DNA of 64,000 nt from the human T2T-CHM13v2.0 reference genome, Homo sapiens. Below the pieces are notes generated by a model. The model was not told the origin of the DNA, did no database searches, and was given only the letters and a program-made list of their open reading frames with translations. Where the stretch lies: the NCBI RefSeq assembly GCF_009914755.1, contig NC_060929.1. One strand, given 5' to 3'. Positions 20,861-36,490 of this stretch are shown here, in pieces. The stretch's first letter is position 1, and every line of letters begins with the position of its first letter. A program made the translations under genes and the position numbers.

Positions 20861-21435
20861 TTATTACCTAGATTTTGGTAGTAGTATTTGGGCATTTCTA
20901 GTGAATGTTAGCTAATAACTCACTTTGCCTGGGTGACAGAGTAACCCAGCCCTGTGGCATCACTCATGCTTACCACTGCCAATGAATGTCTGTGCCAAAA
21001 ATCAGATTTGATCTTAAAGCAGGAGAGATTTGTTTAGGTGGAAATCCGTTTTTGGTTTCCTTTCCATTATCGCTCATTCCGTCTGGGAAGAGAACACCTT
21101 TTCTTGTGGAGTTGGATGGGGCTGACCTTTGCCCTGTGTCCTTAAGAGTAGGCAGGTGGTCTGAGTCAGTTGAGTCCTTCCTGGTACTTCTCTGCCAGAG
21201 TTGTTGGGGAAGATGGTCTATTTCTGCTGGACCTGGTAGGATGTGAATGTGAGGCTGTTGATTAATATCCTGCTCACTAAGTGGAGAAAGGGCAGGGAGA
21301 GCTGATGTTTGAGGCCTTAGATCCAGCCACTCCCTAGTGACATGAGCTAATGAATTCTTTTTTTTTTTTTTAACTTATGCCAGATTGACTTTAGTTTCTG
21401 TCACTCACAGCTGAGCAAGCTCTGACCCATACATG

Positions 21436-21584
21436 TTATGTTGCTCAGGCTGTAATGCAGTGGCTATTCATAGACATGATCAGATCATAGTGCACTGCAG
21501 CCTTGAACTCCGGGGCTCAAGCAATCCTCTTGTCTCAGCCTCTCAAGTAGCTGGGACTATAGGCACACGTCACTGCACCCAGCC
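21436..21584 (-). mobile_element. FAM (fossil Alu monomer)
   Basis: Retains the 7SL-like segment gcagtggctattcatagacatgatc typical of FAM. Confidence 0.75.
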
Positions 21585-22232
21585 CACACAATTTCGATTG
21601 AAAAATTAGAACAACTTGACCTGTGAGATAATAGTAGAAGATTAGACAGTTAACTGAATTAATGAGTTGTGAGAGGAGCTTCTCCTGATTTCCCTGATTC
21701 TTTTTATTATGGGAGTGGGAGCAGGGGCAGAGGGTAGAGATGGGGATGAATGAAGGAGACTAAAGTGAGCCCACAGGTGTGGCCTTTGCCAGATGGCGGT
21801 GGGGATGCTGGGGCCCCAGTTCCTTCCCAGCTGTGGCTCGCTGGCAATGGCTGAGGAGCCTGGGGTCAGCAGGCAGCTGGATTGGAGAGAGCTCTCCACT
21901 GTAAGCCAGCTCCGGGCTCCTGTCCTGTTTCTGTGTCTGCCTTGGGGCACATCTTCAATTTCCTGAGCTCTTGCTTTCCATTTCCTAAAGTGGGAGCGCT
22001 GACAGCGCCCTGCCGACCTCCGAGTTTGTGAGAGAGCCTCCCAGGAGCTGATGAGAATCTCTGAAACCATCGTGAGAACTATCAGGACTCTATAGCTGTA
22101 AGGTCGTTTGTCTCTCTCATTTGATTGAAGGCTGGGCTAGACAAGTGCTAGGAAGACCCTCAGGACTTGGGCTGGGATCTGACCTTCATGAATTGCAGAC
22201 TATAGACCTTAGGTAAAAAGTGGGCAAGAAGA

Positions 22233-22584
<352 letters not shown>

Positions 22585-22777
22585 TCATGGATGAGGATGT
22601 GAAAGAAGTTTGCTGGGCAGGGCAGTCTCTGGCCTGGGGCAGGTTTCTGGCTGGAGTAGTTAATTCAGTGCCTTTTACTTGTTAGAAAGACAGAAAGATA
22701 CTTTTTCCCCTCTTTCTTTTAAAAAGTAATAGGGTTTTCTGAATACAAAAGAGTCACATATCTATTTAAGAATTTTG

Positions 22778-23070
22778 GGCTGGGCACCGTGGCTCACGCA
22801 TATAATCCCAGCACTTTGGGAGGCAGAGGTGGGTAGATCTCCCAGGAGTTCCAGACCAGCCCAGGCAACATGGCGAAACCCCCTCTCTACAGCAAATACA
22901 GAAATTCGCTGTGCATGGTGGCACACGCCTGTAGTCCCAGCTACTCGGGAGGCTAAGACCAGAAGATGACTTGAGCCCAGGAGGTCAAGGCTGCAGTGAG
23001 CTGTGTTCACACCACTGCACTCCAGCCTGTGTGACAGAGCGAGACCCTGTCTCAAACAAAAAAAGAACTT
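22778..23070 (+). mobile_element. AluJb-like
   Basis: Diverged Alu (gagcccaggaggtcaaggctgc). Confidence 0.9.
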
Positions 23071-23620
23071 TGAAAATAAAAAGACGTGTAAGGAAATCAA
23101 AACCACTCATGATTATCCAACTCTCATAAATAACACTGGTAATATTTTTGTCTATCTCCTGGTATTTACTTCATTGTGCCTATGTGTCATGTATATGAGA
23201 GATGGCTTACAAAATTTGATATGTACAGCTTCAGAATCTGTTTTGTACATAATGTAAACATCTTCCTGTATCTTTAGATTTTTCTTACAGCCTGATTTTT
23301 AGTTGTTATGTAACAGTTTTAACTGTTCTGCCATATATAATATATTCCTTTTATTGGATAGAAGACTTTCCAATTTTTTAGCATTATAAAATCATATTGT
23401 GGTTAAATCTTTACAGATAAATCTTTGTGCATGTGGAATTACAGGGTCGAATGGGATGTCCATGTAAGAATTTTTGTATGCTCTAATTGACCTAAAGAAA
23501 TGCTAATTTGCCTTCCTATTGTTGTGTGAGGGGGCATAATGATTCTCTGAATCCTGGCCCTTGCTGGGTATTATTGGATTTTTAGGACTTCGCCAAATGC
23601 TAGATGGGAGAAGCTTTGCT

Positions 23621-24008
<388 letters not shown>

Positions 24009-24272
24009 TGATTTACGTATCCTTTATTCATTTTCCTATTGGGGTGCTTGTATTTTTCTTACTGATTTATGCAGACTCTGTAATAAAAATATTAACCCTT
24101 TGTGGGGATCAATACATTTTTAATAGTGTGATGAAATATTTTAATAATGGATCAAAGCAGAAGGCTTGATTCCAGGGGAAAAATTTTTTAAGCTACCCGC
24201 CTCTTTCCCTACACATAAATCCAGAGATAAGTAGTATCTTAGTACTTAAACACGTCTTAAAGCATGGACAGG

Positions 24273-24517
24273 CTCCCTTCCTTCCTTCCTTCCTTCCTTC
24301 CTTCCTTCCTTCCTTCCTTCCTTCCTTCCTTCCTTCCTCTCTTCTTCTCTCTCCTCCTTTCTGTCCTCATTTCTCTCCTCCTTTCTCTTTCTCTCCTTCT
24401 TCCTCTTTCTCTCCTCTCTTTCTTTCTTTCTCCCTCTCTTTCTCTCTTTCTCTCTCTTCCTCTTTTTCTCTCTTTCTGTTTCTCTCTCTCTCCCTCTCTC
24501 TTTCTCTCTCTCTCTTT

Positions 24518-24520
<3 letters not shown>
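24273..24520 (+). repeat. (CCTT)n plus CT-rich low-complexity tract
   Basis: About 15 CCTT units, then an almost pure pyrimidine run up to the Alu tail. Confidence 0.95.
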
Positions 24521-24844
<324 letters not shown>

Positions 24845-25842
24845 TGAGTTAGTCTGGCAACTAGACTAGGGCAACCCACCCACCCCACCCCTAGAGCTGG
24901 TCACAGGCACAGCTGAGCTTGAACTTGGGCTTCACACGTGTGTTTACACGCACCACTTGTCATTGCCTGTGACTTTCCTGTCCCTGCTCCTCCTCTTTCA
25001 AACACTCCCTGGAGCCATTTAGTGCCTAGATGATGCGTGTTTTTATACCAGCCACTCTACTCGAAAGCAAAATCTGTTTGAAAGCTGTGTTACAGGTTTT
25101 TCCAGAACTTCCAGTTTTTAAGAATCTCTTCCCCTTGCTGCAGCTTCCTTTGTACCATGCAGCCACTGGCTCCAAAGGGACCTTCTACCAGGGAATTTGA
25201 TTACTTGGATAGAGCCCTTCTGTCGACCACTGACCTCAGGGCTAGCTCCCCAAAATGTCGCCTTCTCTACGCTCGTTTCTGCAAAGTAGCAACAGGTCAG
25301 TTAGGATGTGGATTTTCTTGCTCTCTCAAAGGTTCTTTTATTTAAATATGTTCATACATTTTTCTCCTACCGCTCTCTTTCCTGAAAGAATGAAGTTAGA
25401 GGATTAGGTTGCTAAGTTTAGCTCTTGCTGACGCACTGGCCTCTCACTAGCAGTCTCCTCGTGTCTCAGTGTTTCTTTAAGCCTCGCTTTTTTGCTGGTA
25501 GACGCACACCATCACATCCTACATAATATTTAGCTCTGAGGCGTTTCCAGATGGGAAGTGCGTTTCTGTATTTTCATAGCCGTGTTCTCTACGTGAATGG
25601 ACTGGCGTGAAGCTGGGGGCTGACGGCTGGCAGGGCAGGTAGGGAGGCTGGCAGCGGCCTGAGAGAGGTGAAGATCCCCGGGGTGGTGGCGGGGAAAGCA
25701 ATGCAGTCCTTGTCAGATGTTTGCTTGCTGTGAGGAGAGGGAGATGGCTATGAGAGGAGATCTGGGGATGGTATTTGACTGGGATATGAATGGAGCATTT
25801 TCAGGCAGGGGAGGCCCTCCTACTTGAAGCAAGCCTGAGTGT

Positions 25843-26296
25843 TGTTAAAGAAAAAAATTATTCTGGCACTTGTAAAAATGGTAAGGAAGACTTTAGTCAG
25901 GAGTCTTGCAACAGGGTTATTGCAATAGGGGAGAGAGATGGGGCTCAACTCTAAATGCAGCAAGACAGTTGAGGATTTACAGCTAAGAAACAGAGAAGAG
26001 GGGGTCAGTGGATGGAAAGTTACTAAGAGGAGACATCAAGGGAACGGGATTCTCACTAAACAGACCTAAAAGGACTCTTGCTAAGGGCAGGCCAAGGACT
26101 TACACACCCAAGGTAGGGGATGAAGCGCTTTATCAGGCATCAAGGGTAGGGGACTCCCTAAACTGAATTTGCAGGATTCTTGCTAAGACTGGGCTCTGCA
26201 GGCCTGGCAAGGACAGGAGGGACACAGAAGGCCAACGTTCAGAAGAAGGCTCAGAAGAGCCTAACTAAAGTTTGGTCAAAGAAAGGGTTTTTGTCA
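25843..26296 (-). mobile_element. ERV1 LTR, MER31/MER67-type (3' LTR)
   Basis: TG...CA termini (tgttaaag...ttgtca); clearly homologous to 9520-10228 (ggtaaggaagacttta, ggcaggccaaggacttacac, taaagtttggtcaa). Confidence 0.82.
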
Positions 26297-26835
26297 GTGC
26301 TTCCTCTCGTTCAAGGAAAGAAAAATTCTTCTTTTCTCTGAGTAATATAGGTCAATTTTTTGTTCGGTCGCCTTTTGTTCATTAAGGACCAGCTTGAATG
26401 TCTGTTGGGGCCTGGCAGTAGAGGATACTTGATGGACAACCATCAGGCATTTAAACGAGGGAGATTCATGGTCTGCTGTGGTGATGGGTCCTTTGAAGTT
26501 TATGTCAAGTCACCCAGCTTGCAAGCCTAGTTTAGATCTTGGGGGGAAGATCAGCTATAAGACAGCCTAGAGTTGCAATGAGGATTTGGGCAGTCAGCCT
26601 TTAGCTCTCAGTGACATCAGGAGGGTGGGAGAAAACGTAAAAAGTAGAAAAATTGAGAAGTTGGTAAGAACTGATGAAATGTGCAGAATGGCAAATCCAG
26701 TCCAATTCACAGTAGGTAACAAAGTAAACAGTAAAATGTAATTTATCAAGAGGTGAAAAAAGCTCAAAGGCAATGAACGGGACTAGAATTCGATAATCTG
26801 CAAGGATGTGCTATAGTTTTCTATTGAAATACAAA
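26297..26835 (-). mobile_element. Probable ERV internal remnant adjoining the LTR
   Basis: A purine tract (minus strand GAGAGGAAG) sits just before the LTR TG, in the polypurine-tract position. Extent approximate. Confidence 0.5.
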
Positions 26836-26859
26836 CAAGCACTGGTCCCTGGATGGGCG

Positions 26860-28035
26860 TGTTGAAATGTCAGCATGGAGGGTGGCCTGGTGTTAGACAG
26901 GTCTCGGTTCAAATCCCATCACCTTGCCGGAGATGCTGGGCAGATTGGTTGCTCTCCTAGTGTCTGTTTCTTTAGCTGTGAGACATAATGAAAGCTAACA
27001 TTTATTATTTCTCATGTGCCAGGCACTGCCATAAGCATTTCACATGCTTTACCTCGTTTAATCCTCACAACTTAGTGAAGCAGGTTAATCATCATCTCCA
27101 TTTCGCAGAAGAGTAAACTGAGGCTTTAATATATCCTATAATATGTCCACAGATGTTGCTAACCTGCAAGTAGAGATTGAAGCTCATGTACTTAAAATGA
27201 GTTTGGCACTTTTCAGGTACCTGATAAATGTAAAACATTTTTTTCCTCCAAAGTATATGTGGGAAAACTGAAGCTATAGAGTGTGCCTGAGCCCAGCCAG
27301 ATTCAGTAGGCGGGGCTCTCCCCCAAAAAGGGAAAATCCTGAGACACTCATCAGTGGAGGGATGGAGCCTACTGTGAGGGTTCTGGCAGAGCCCCTGCGT
27401 TTTGTCCTCTGGGGGCAGCTCTCCTGGGAGTTGGAGAGAGGCTTTGACCCAGCCTTTGCTGGCCACTGGGCAGGACCTAGCTGGGAGCAAGTGCCAGGGC
27501 CAGCAGAGGCTTGTCCAGAGATGACTCTCGCTGGCTGTGCTGTGTTTGCTGTGTGCCTGGTAGGCACGCATCTCAGTTATTCTCACATCTCTGCAGTAGG
27601 TATCCTTCACCTTCCCATGCAGATGGAATTGAAGCTCCAAGAGGGTAACCAACCGCCCAGACACATTTGAAGTAGTGAGGCAGGGATTTGAGCCCAGGTC
27701 TGGTCCCTGAGCCCATGCTCTCTGTTCTGCTGTGCACCTTGGGTGATCAGGGAAGCAGACCCAAGCTAGGGAAGAAGTCATGTGGGCAGGGCTGAGGCAC
27801 TGGAACAGAGTGGGTAACGCAGGATCTTGGGAATCTGACACACTGGGGTTCAAATCCTGGCTCTGCCACTTCGTAGCTCTGTGAGCTTGGAAGTGACTTA
27901 ATTTCTCTGATCCTTGGGTCCCCATCTATAAAAGAGGAGAGCCATAACTACCCAGAGAGTGTAAGGATGACATGAGAATGTATATAGAGCCTTGGCATGG
28001 GCCCTGGGGTGTGATGAGCATTCAGTAAATGCTGG
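26860..28035. mobile_element. Cluster of MIR fragments in both orientations
   Basis: MIR cores such as ggttcaaatcctggctctgccactt...ccccatctataaa and tttaatcctcacaac...gtaaactgaggc. Confidence 0.7.
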
Positions 28036-28178
28036 CTGCTGTGGGCACATGGGAATTGCTGGGCACTTTCTCATCCACTTGATCTCCTTGGCTCTTAGGG
28101 AAGGCAGACGCTGGACGGCAGGTCTCTCAGACACAGGAGAGACCCTTAGCTTTATTTATCCACCCTGGGATGTATCCC

Positions 28179-28302
28179 TGGGAGCTGTGTATCAAAATTA
28201 TAGCCACTGAAGGTTGGAAGGACAAAGGGGAGGCTAGGCCTGGATATAGCATCTTTACAGTGGTCCAACTTCCCTCTTGCTGGTGATGTCCAAAGAGAAA
28301 GG
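28179..28302 (+). repeat. Local duplication, copy 1
   Basis: Ungapped match to 29532-29655 with 16 mismatches in 124 bp. Confidence 0.92.
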
Positions 28303-28891
28303 CCAGCACAGCGGCTCAGATGGGCATAGCGGGACTGCCTGGAGGAGCCTATGCAGTGGGCTTGGGCAGGGTCCAGAGTTACTGGTGGCGGGGGTGGACG
28401 CTGTCAGTGTCTCCCCCAGACTCCTCTGAACCTTTTATATCAGGTGCCCTAGAGTAGCACCTGTTTACCTAGACCTGCCTTCCAGAGACACTGTCTCCCC
28501 ACCTTGTGAGCTCCTGGCTGCCATGACCTCCGCACTTGCCCTGAGAGGCTGAGGATGAAATGCTGATGTACATGAAGCTCTTAGCCTAATACTTCACATT
28601 CAGCGAGCGCCCACCTTCTGACTGTGGCCATTAATTTGTGGATTCAAGTAATGTTTTAGGTTGAGAGGTCATAGTTATGAAGAAAACAGTCCCCACCCTC
28701 ATGGAGGTCACACTCTAGTAGGGAAGATGGATGAGAAACATGTAAGCAAGTAGATTTGATTGTAATATTGGAGTGAAGAACAGTAAAGCAGGGAGAGGGA
28801 ACAAAGACATCGTTGGTGTGGCTGGGAAGGAAGGCTTTTATTGGGAGATAACAAGTGAGCAGAGACCCTGGGGATATGGAGGTGCCAATCA

Positions 28892-29215
<324 letters not shown>

Positions 29216-29531
29216 TAATGTTGGGGAGCATCCCAGCAGAGCCTCCAGGTGGGACTGAATCTGGTACAACAAGACAGAGAGGAGGGATAACTAGGAAATG
29301 AAGCCAGGGTGGAGGCTACCAGGTCACATAGGACCTTATTGTTTTCAACAATCATTATTTCTAGATGTCGCTGGGCAGGATCAGCTGTTCCTTCTCTTGT
29401 GCTATTCTGCGTGGTATGCACACAGCCATTGTAGCAAGTCACCCTTTGTTAGGACTGTGTATTTTACCACCACACTGGGAGCTCTGGAGGCCAGGGACTA
29501 TGGCTGTTTTGCATATACCCAGCACCTAGCA

Positions 29532-29655
29532 TGGGAACTGTTTATCGAAATTATAGCCACTGAAGGTTGGAAGGACGAGGGGGCAACCAGGCCTGGGTAT
29601 GGTATCCTTAGAGTGGTCCAACTTCCCTCTTCCTGGTGATGTCCAAAGAGGAAGG
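29532..29655 (+). repeat. Local duplication, copy 2
   Basis: About 87% identical to 28179-28302. Confidence 0.92.
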
Positions 29656-31314
29656 AGCATGGAGTCTGTGCTTCACACATTTAAAGATAATGAATCTTAG
29701 TGGCAATGGATGCTGTCTATTGGGGGTTTCTGTGTGCTATCCACAGCAGTTAGCATTTTATATTTCATTGTCTCATTGAATCAATACAATAGGCTTGGCC
29801 CCAAAGTGTCATCTCCATTTTACGGATGAAGAAATAAGCTGTAGAGGCCGTCCCATGCCCCAAGCACACACAGCTAGGAACTTGCTGAGCTGAGATTTGA
29901 AGCCAGGACTCTAAGGACCACACTTTCAACTCTGACCAAGCTGGAAGGTCGACTGCCTCCGGCAGGGGCTTGGCCCAGGCCTGCCCTTCCAAGGGCTGTG
30001 GTGTTTACTGCCGAGGGTTTTGGCATCCTTCGGCCTTCTTGGTCCCTCAGGGGTCACCTTGCACCCCAGCCTTCCCTGTAGTATCCCACGGAGCCTGAGG
30101 GGCTGTCCCTCAGACTTCCTCACAGCTTTGTAATCCACAAATGGAAAAGTGGCACTTAAAATGAATTTATTCAGGTGGGAGCTGTGTAAGACATGAAAAT
30201 AAGGCTTTTGAGCTCCTCCACATAAACTTGAGTGTAAATGAAAAGCTTTTTATTTGGTTTCTGAGCCAGACTTTGAGAAGTCAGTGGTCCGTGCGGTCTG
30301 GAAGCGCATGTTATGGGCGCTGGGTCGGAACAGGGGCCACTTTGAATGGCAAGGAGGGAGAATCGCTCCAGCGAAGCTGGAACGGCCAAGAAGCTGGGAT
30401 GTCAATAAACACAGGCAGGACACAGAAAGCCTTTTCCGAAGAGATGGAAGGCGGGGAAGCGAAGGAAAGGCAGTGCCTCACTCCCGGTGCATTTGAGAAG
30501 GAAAATGCTTGAGGTAACCCGTGTTGGCAGCTTTTATAGCTTCCTCTCGATAATGTGCTGGGCAGACCCTGAACAGGCTGGTGTTTTATTTTCGTGTAAC
30601 GAAGCCGAGTGGACCAGGGGCAGCTCTCCAGCAATGGCTGGCCTGGGGCTGTGCTCACGGAGAGAGGCAGGGCTACCTGAGACCTGGGGCAGGGGCCAGC
30701 CTCCTGCCTGCTGGGCAAACTGTGGGGAAGGCGGGGACCAGGATTTCTGACTTCCTCTGGATGATGTTTGGTTTGTCACAATCCTTAGACGTAAGGCCCC
30801 TTTATGTCCAGTGCCAGTGAGGGAGGTGGCAGGCAGCCGTGGGAAGGCAACTGCTCTGAGAAGGAGGGCACAGGTCCACGCTGTCTAAATGTTACTGGTT
30901 GTGAACTACACAGGAACCTTAGCATGGGGAACCCACAGAAAGGTCTTTGTGCCCTTTGCTGCCTTTTGCCAAGGTACTTTCTGTGACTAGATTTACCTTG
31001 CATTTATATTCTCTTCTCTTTGGTAATATGTACATATGTGTGTGAGGTATATTTGGACCTGGGATTATGTGTGTGGTTAAAAATATACATCAGTACGTTA
31101 GTGACCTGCATAGGTGCATTAAGCAATGTATTTTGAGAGCCATGGGCTGGAAGGAAACACCCAACTAGCTACTTTGAGACACTAGCAAAGCCCAAAGTAA
31201 TTCTGTTAGATGAGCGTATGAGCTACTGTTTTATATGTTTGTTACAGATTTTTTCTTCCTGTTTTCTCCTGGATATTATGTGAAAACAATGTATGTATTT
31301 AAACAAAATTTTAA

Positions 31315-31638
<324 letters not shown>

Positions 31639-32673
31639 AAATTTCAGGGTTTTTTTCAACCCATGTTTATTTTGAAAAATTGAAAATATCAGGAAAAATA
31701 AGAAGATAAAAGTCTTCTGCAATGCTATCATTCAAATAATTGCTGCTGTTCTTTAGGTATTTGTATGCTCTTCCAGACATGTTCCTAATGAGTATATATT
31801 AATGTAAAATAAAATATCAATGGCAAACATTTGAGTGTTACCATTTGCCAGCATTTTGCATGTAGGGACTCACTTCATCCTCAACAATTCAATGATTGGT
31901 TTTATTATTAAACTCATTGTACAGATGAGAAAGCCGAAGCCCAGAATGATTACCTTTCTTAAGATCACATAGGTAAGTAGCCAAGCCAGGATTTGAACAC
32001 AGGCAGTCTGGTTCCAGAGCCTGTGCTCTTAAGGCACTTGCTATACTAACTTGCAAAAGAATTCGGAGAATACTATCCATACCAATTTGTAACCCGTTGT
32101 TTTTCCCACTCAAAATATTATGAACTCCCTTCCATGCCAATAACCTTATATCTAGAACATCATTTAAAATGGCTCCGTTGTGATGCATACATCCCCAAAA
32201 TGCAATGCTGCAATGCTGTTTCCCTTTGTGGCTGTTTTGGGTAATAATAACAATTAAACTTAAAAATAGCAAATATTGAGGTTCTGTGTCTGGTGCTGTC
32301 CTAAGACCTGTTTACATCTCATCTAATTTAATCCTTGTGATAACTCAGGCTTCTTACAGGGGAAGAAGTTAGGGAAGAACAGGAAGAAATTTGCCATGAC
32401 ATCTTCCTTACATAAAACCTCAAGGTTAGATTTTTGACATCGTCTTCAAATAAAATTATATATGTAATAATGTTTTTGTGTATTTGTTAATTTTTTTAAA
32501 CTTCTTATTTGGAAATAATTTGACTCACAGGAAGCTGCAAAAATAGTACAGAGAATTCCCGTGTTCCCTTCACCCAGCTTCCCCCAATGATATCTTAAAT
32601 AACTAGTATGCATCAAAACCAGGAAATCGACATTAGCGTTTCCTGTTAGCTCAGGTTGTATATTTGTTACTAA

Positions 32674-32985
<312 letters not shown>

Positions 32986-34719
32986 TAAACACTTAAAATA
33001 CGTCACACTATGATAATCTAACTTTTCTGTTCTTTGTTGTGAAGTATACAGGAGCCTCTAAGTGGAAGTGGCTCAGGGCTCTCTCCTGGCCTTTGAGAGG
33101 TTAACACTATTATTTGCTCCATTCAACCAGCAAGGGATTGGAGGTCTAGGGAGGCTGTCACTTGCACAAGGTCACACAGCTGTAGTAAACTTCTGAGTTT
33201 GGACTTAGCCCCTCTGCTTCTAAAATCCCCTCTCTGAACCTCATACTCTCCAGCATCTCTTCTAGTTTTTTGCTGTTCTTTGCTACTCAGGCTGAGGCCC
33301 CGAATATAAGTAGATGTGTGTTAATAAGTGTCTGTGCATGCATGTACATATACACAGACATTTCCCCTGCTCTCTAGAGTCCCTTCTTCCAGACTGGAGA
33401 ATGCTGAACTGAAGAGGACCTCAGGTATTGAGCACATAATCCTGACTCCTTATTAAACGGGATGGGAGGATCAGGCCAGCTTGGGGACCATCTGCTGTGT
33501 CCTGTGTGGCCTATCCCCAAGGGCTCTGGGCCATATTCTCCTATAAATCCTCTGCCTTATTCTCATGGTTGCCTCTCCCCAACTCTCCTCCAGTTGCCCC
33601 TTTTGCCCAACTTCCAGCCACCTGGCTCTGCATGCTGTCAGTTCCATGCTTGGGTGGCAGTGGGTTTAGCCTGAGATGCCTGGACTTCACTCTCGCATTG
33701 CTTCTGTTATCCTCCAGCCTCTGTGCCCCATGGCCAGTGACTGAGACATGAGAAAAGGAGAAAAAGCCACATGTATAGGAAAGACCTAGGAGAAGAAATT
33801 TCTCTAAAGTCCCCTCTAGAGGAAAAGATATTTTTACCTCCACCCCAGTCACTCCCTCTCTTTTGTTGCCTTCTCTTCCCCTTTTATTCATAGCTGTAGG
33901 TGCCAGCCCAATCCACTTTTGTAACCCAAAAAGCAGACAAAGGCCTCTGCCCTTGCCTTCCCAGACACAGTCATGGTCTCATGATCTGCCAACCTAAGCA
34001 GGGCTGGCATGTGGGATTTAAGTAGCTCTGTCCAAGCTTTTACAGGAGTCTGCGCTTGGAATTGTCAGAGTGCAGAGCAGTGTTGTTCTAGATCCCTACC
34101 ACCCACTTCAGAAAAACCAGATGTGCCTGCCACTCTAGGTTGACCTGACAGTTGTTTGCACGTGTGTGCATGTGTATGAGAGCAACTGACAGCGTATGTG
34201 CGTACCTAGTGGCCTGTGTGGGCCTCCTGAACATAGAACTAAGCACTCGCTTGCTGAGCCCTGTGGCTGCTTTTGGTAGAAAAGTGACCCCAGGGCCAGG
34301 AGCTGCACCTGGTAGAGACCAGGGTGGGAGATTGATGAGTTTGCAGGAGTGCTGCCTGGAAGGTCTGGGAGCGCTGGTCTGTGAGCTAAGCAGGGGTTGC
34401 TAAGCAGCATCGCCACCCCTAACCTCATGGCACGCTGGCTCCTGCCCTTGCCATCCTCTGAAGCAGGTAGTAGGGCTACATTTCCTAACAGGAAGCCCGT
34501 CAGGCTGAGAGAAGGGGAAAGAGAGAGGAGTAACTTGCTTCCCCCTTGGACCTGAACTTCCTTAGCTCCTCAAAGCTTGGTCTGCTGTTGAGATCTCTGG
34601 TGTGCAGGGGTGAACAGCTACCCTCCCTAAACATGTGGTGGGTTATAGAGAGAACATTCCAGGACTACAGGTGACAGTCAGGTGCCTGCCAGAAAGGGGC
34701 TTTCCAAAGGACAGCTAAG

Positions 34720-35780
34720 TAAGGGAAATCCTATCTACCTTGTGAGTATATCTGGACTCTTTGCATTTGTCACCACTTCTGTTACCACTACCTTGGCCCA
34801 AGCCACCATTATCTTTTGCCTAGATTATTGCGGTCAGTTCCTAACTGCTTCTACTGCTGACCTGCCATTCTCAACATGGCAGTCAGAATGATCCTTCTAA
34901 AGTATTATCAAGCCAGGCACTGTAGCTCATGCCTCTAATCTCAGCACTGTTGGAAGGCCAAGGTGGGAAAATAGCTTGAACACAAAAATTTAAGACCAGC
35001 CCGAACAACATAGCGAGACCCTGTCTGTAAAAAAACTTTAAAAAAATAATCTAGGTGTGGTGGCACATGCCTGTAGTCGTAGCTACTTGGGAGGCTGAGG
35101 TGGGAGGCTTGAGCCGGGGAGGTTGAGGTTGCAGTGAGCCATGATTGCATCACTGAACTCCAGCTTGGGTGACAGAGTAAGAACCTGTCTCAAAAAAAAA
35201 AAAAAAAAAAAAAGGATCAGTAGGTCCCGTCACTCTGCTCAAAATCCTTCAATGGCTGCACATGCCACTCAGAATAAAAGCCAGAGTCTTTAAAATGGCC
35301 TTATGAAGCTCGGCCTAAACTGGCCTGTTGCTGCTTTGACCTCACGTCCTGTCACCTGCCCTTTGCTCATTCTATTTCAGTTGTACTGCCCTCCTTGTTG
35401 TTGCTACAACATTCTAGACTTGTTACCTAGAATAATTTATTTGTTGTTCCCTTTACCTAGAATACTTTCTCCCCTGCTACCTACAAGCCTTACTTTTACC
35501 TCTATATTAGGTCTTTGTTAAAGTGTCTCCACTCCATCTAAATTTTCATTCCTTTCACTACATTCCTTATCCCGCTCCCCTTCATTGCTTTCCTCCCGAC
35601 CTCTTGTTGCCATCTGACATACTAGTATTTTGCTTTTTTATGTTGTGGTTTCTGTTTAAAATGTAAGCTCCATGGAGGCAGGGATATTTGTTTATCTTCT
35701 TTACCGCTGTATCCCTGGCATTTAGGACAGTACCCTGTGCATAGGAGAGGCTAAGACATATTTTCAAATGAATAATAAAT
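34720..35780 (-). mobile_element. L2 fragment interrupted by AluJ (+, 34911-35212)
   Basis: L2 3' text (ctcaaaatccttcaatggct...aagctccatggaggcaggga...tgaataa). Confidence 0.7.
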
Positions 35781-35789
35781 AAGTCCATA

Positions 35790-36490
35790 TTGGTGAATCA
35801 TTTAAGATTCAATTTAGAAATAATGAACCTTCAAATCCATGAACATGGTAAACCTCTACACTTGGCTAGATCTTTATTAATCTTTTAGCCATAGTTTGTA
35901 GTTTTCAGTGTACAAGCTATGCATATTTCTGTTAAACTTATAGATAAGTATTTTAAGTTTTTAAAAATGCTATCACAAATGGTATTTTAAATTTCACATT
36001 CCAGTTGTTTATTGCTGATCTGTAGAAATGCAGTTTACTGTTGCATATTATTTTGACTTTGTATTCTGCAACTTTGCTAAATTTACTTATTAGTTCTGGT
36101 AATTTTTTGGTAGATTCCATAGGATTTTCTACATATACAATAATGTAGTCTCCAAATGAGGAGTTTGACTTTTCTTCTAATTTTTATGATTTTTATTTCC
36201 TTCTGTGGTTTTATTTCCCTGGCCTGGAATCTAGTACAATGTTGAATAGAAGTGGTGAGAGTGGACATTTTTGCCTTATTCCTATATATAGGCAAGTGCT
36301 TTCTCTCTCTCTCATCTGTCTCTATTTCTCTCTCTCTGCGTGTGTGTGTGTGTGTGTGTGTCCATTACTCTTTAGCAAATTTACAGTTGCCTGCACTTAC
36401 CTAAGCCAAGCTCACAAAGGTTTTTCTCCTATGTTTTTTTTCTAAAAGTGTGATAATCTTAAGTTTTATATTTGGGTCTATGATCCATCT
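35790..36490 (-). mobile_element. L1M ORF2 remnant
   Basis: The minus-strand translation (QAREIKPQKEIKIIKIRRKVKL) resembles L1 ORF2 RT (ARAIRQEKEIKGIQIGKEEVKL); frameshifted. Confidence 0.8.

Noticed and set aside
27092-27925. 277-aa minus-strand ORF, the longest in the window
   Set aside because: Runs through several MIR fragments (SQDLNPSVSDS, DLGSNPCLTT are MIR translations); no domain resemblance.
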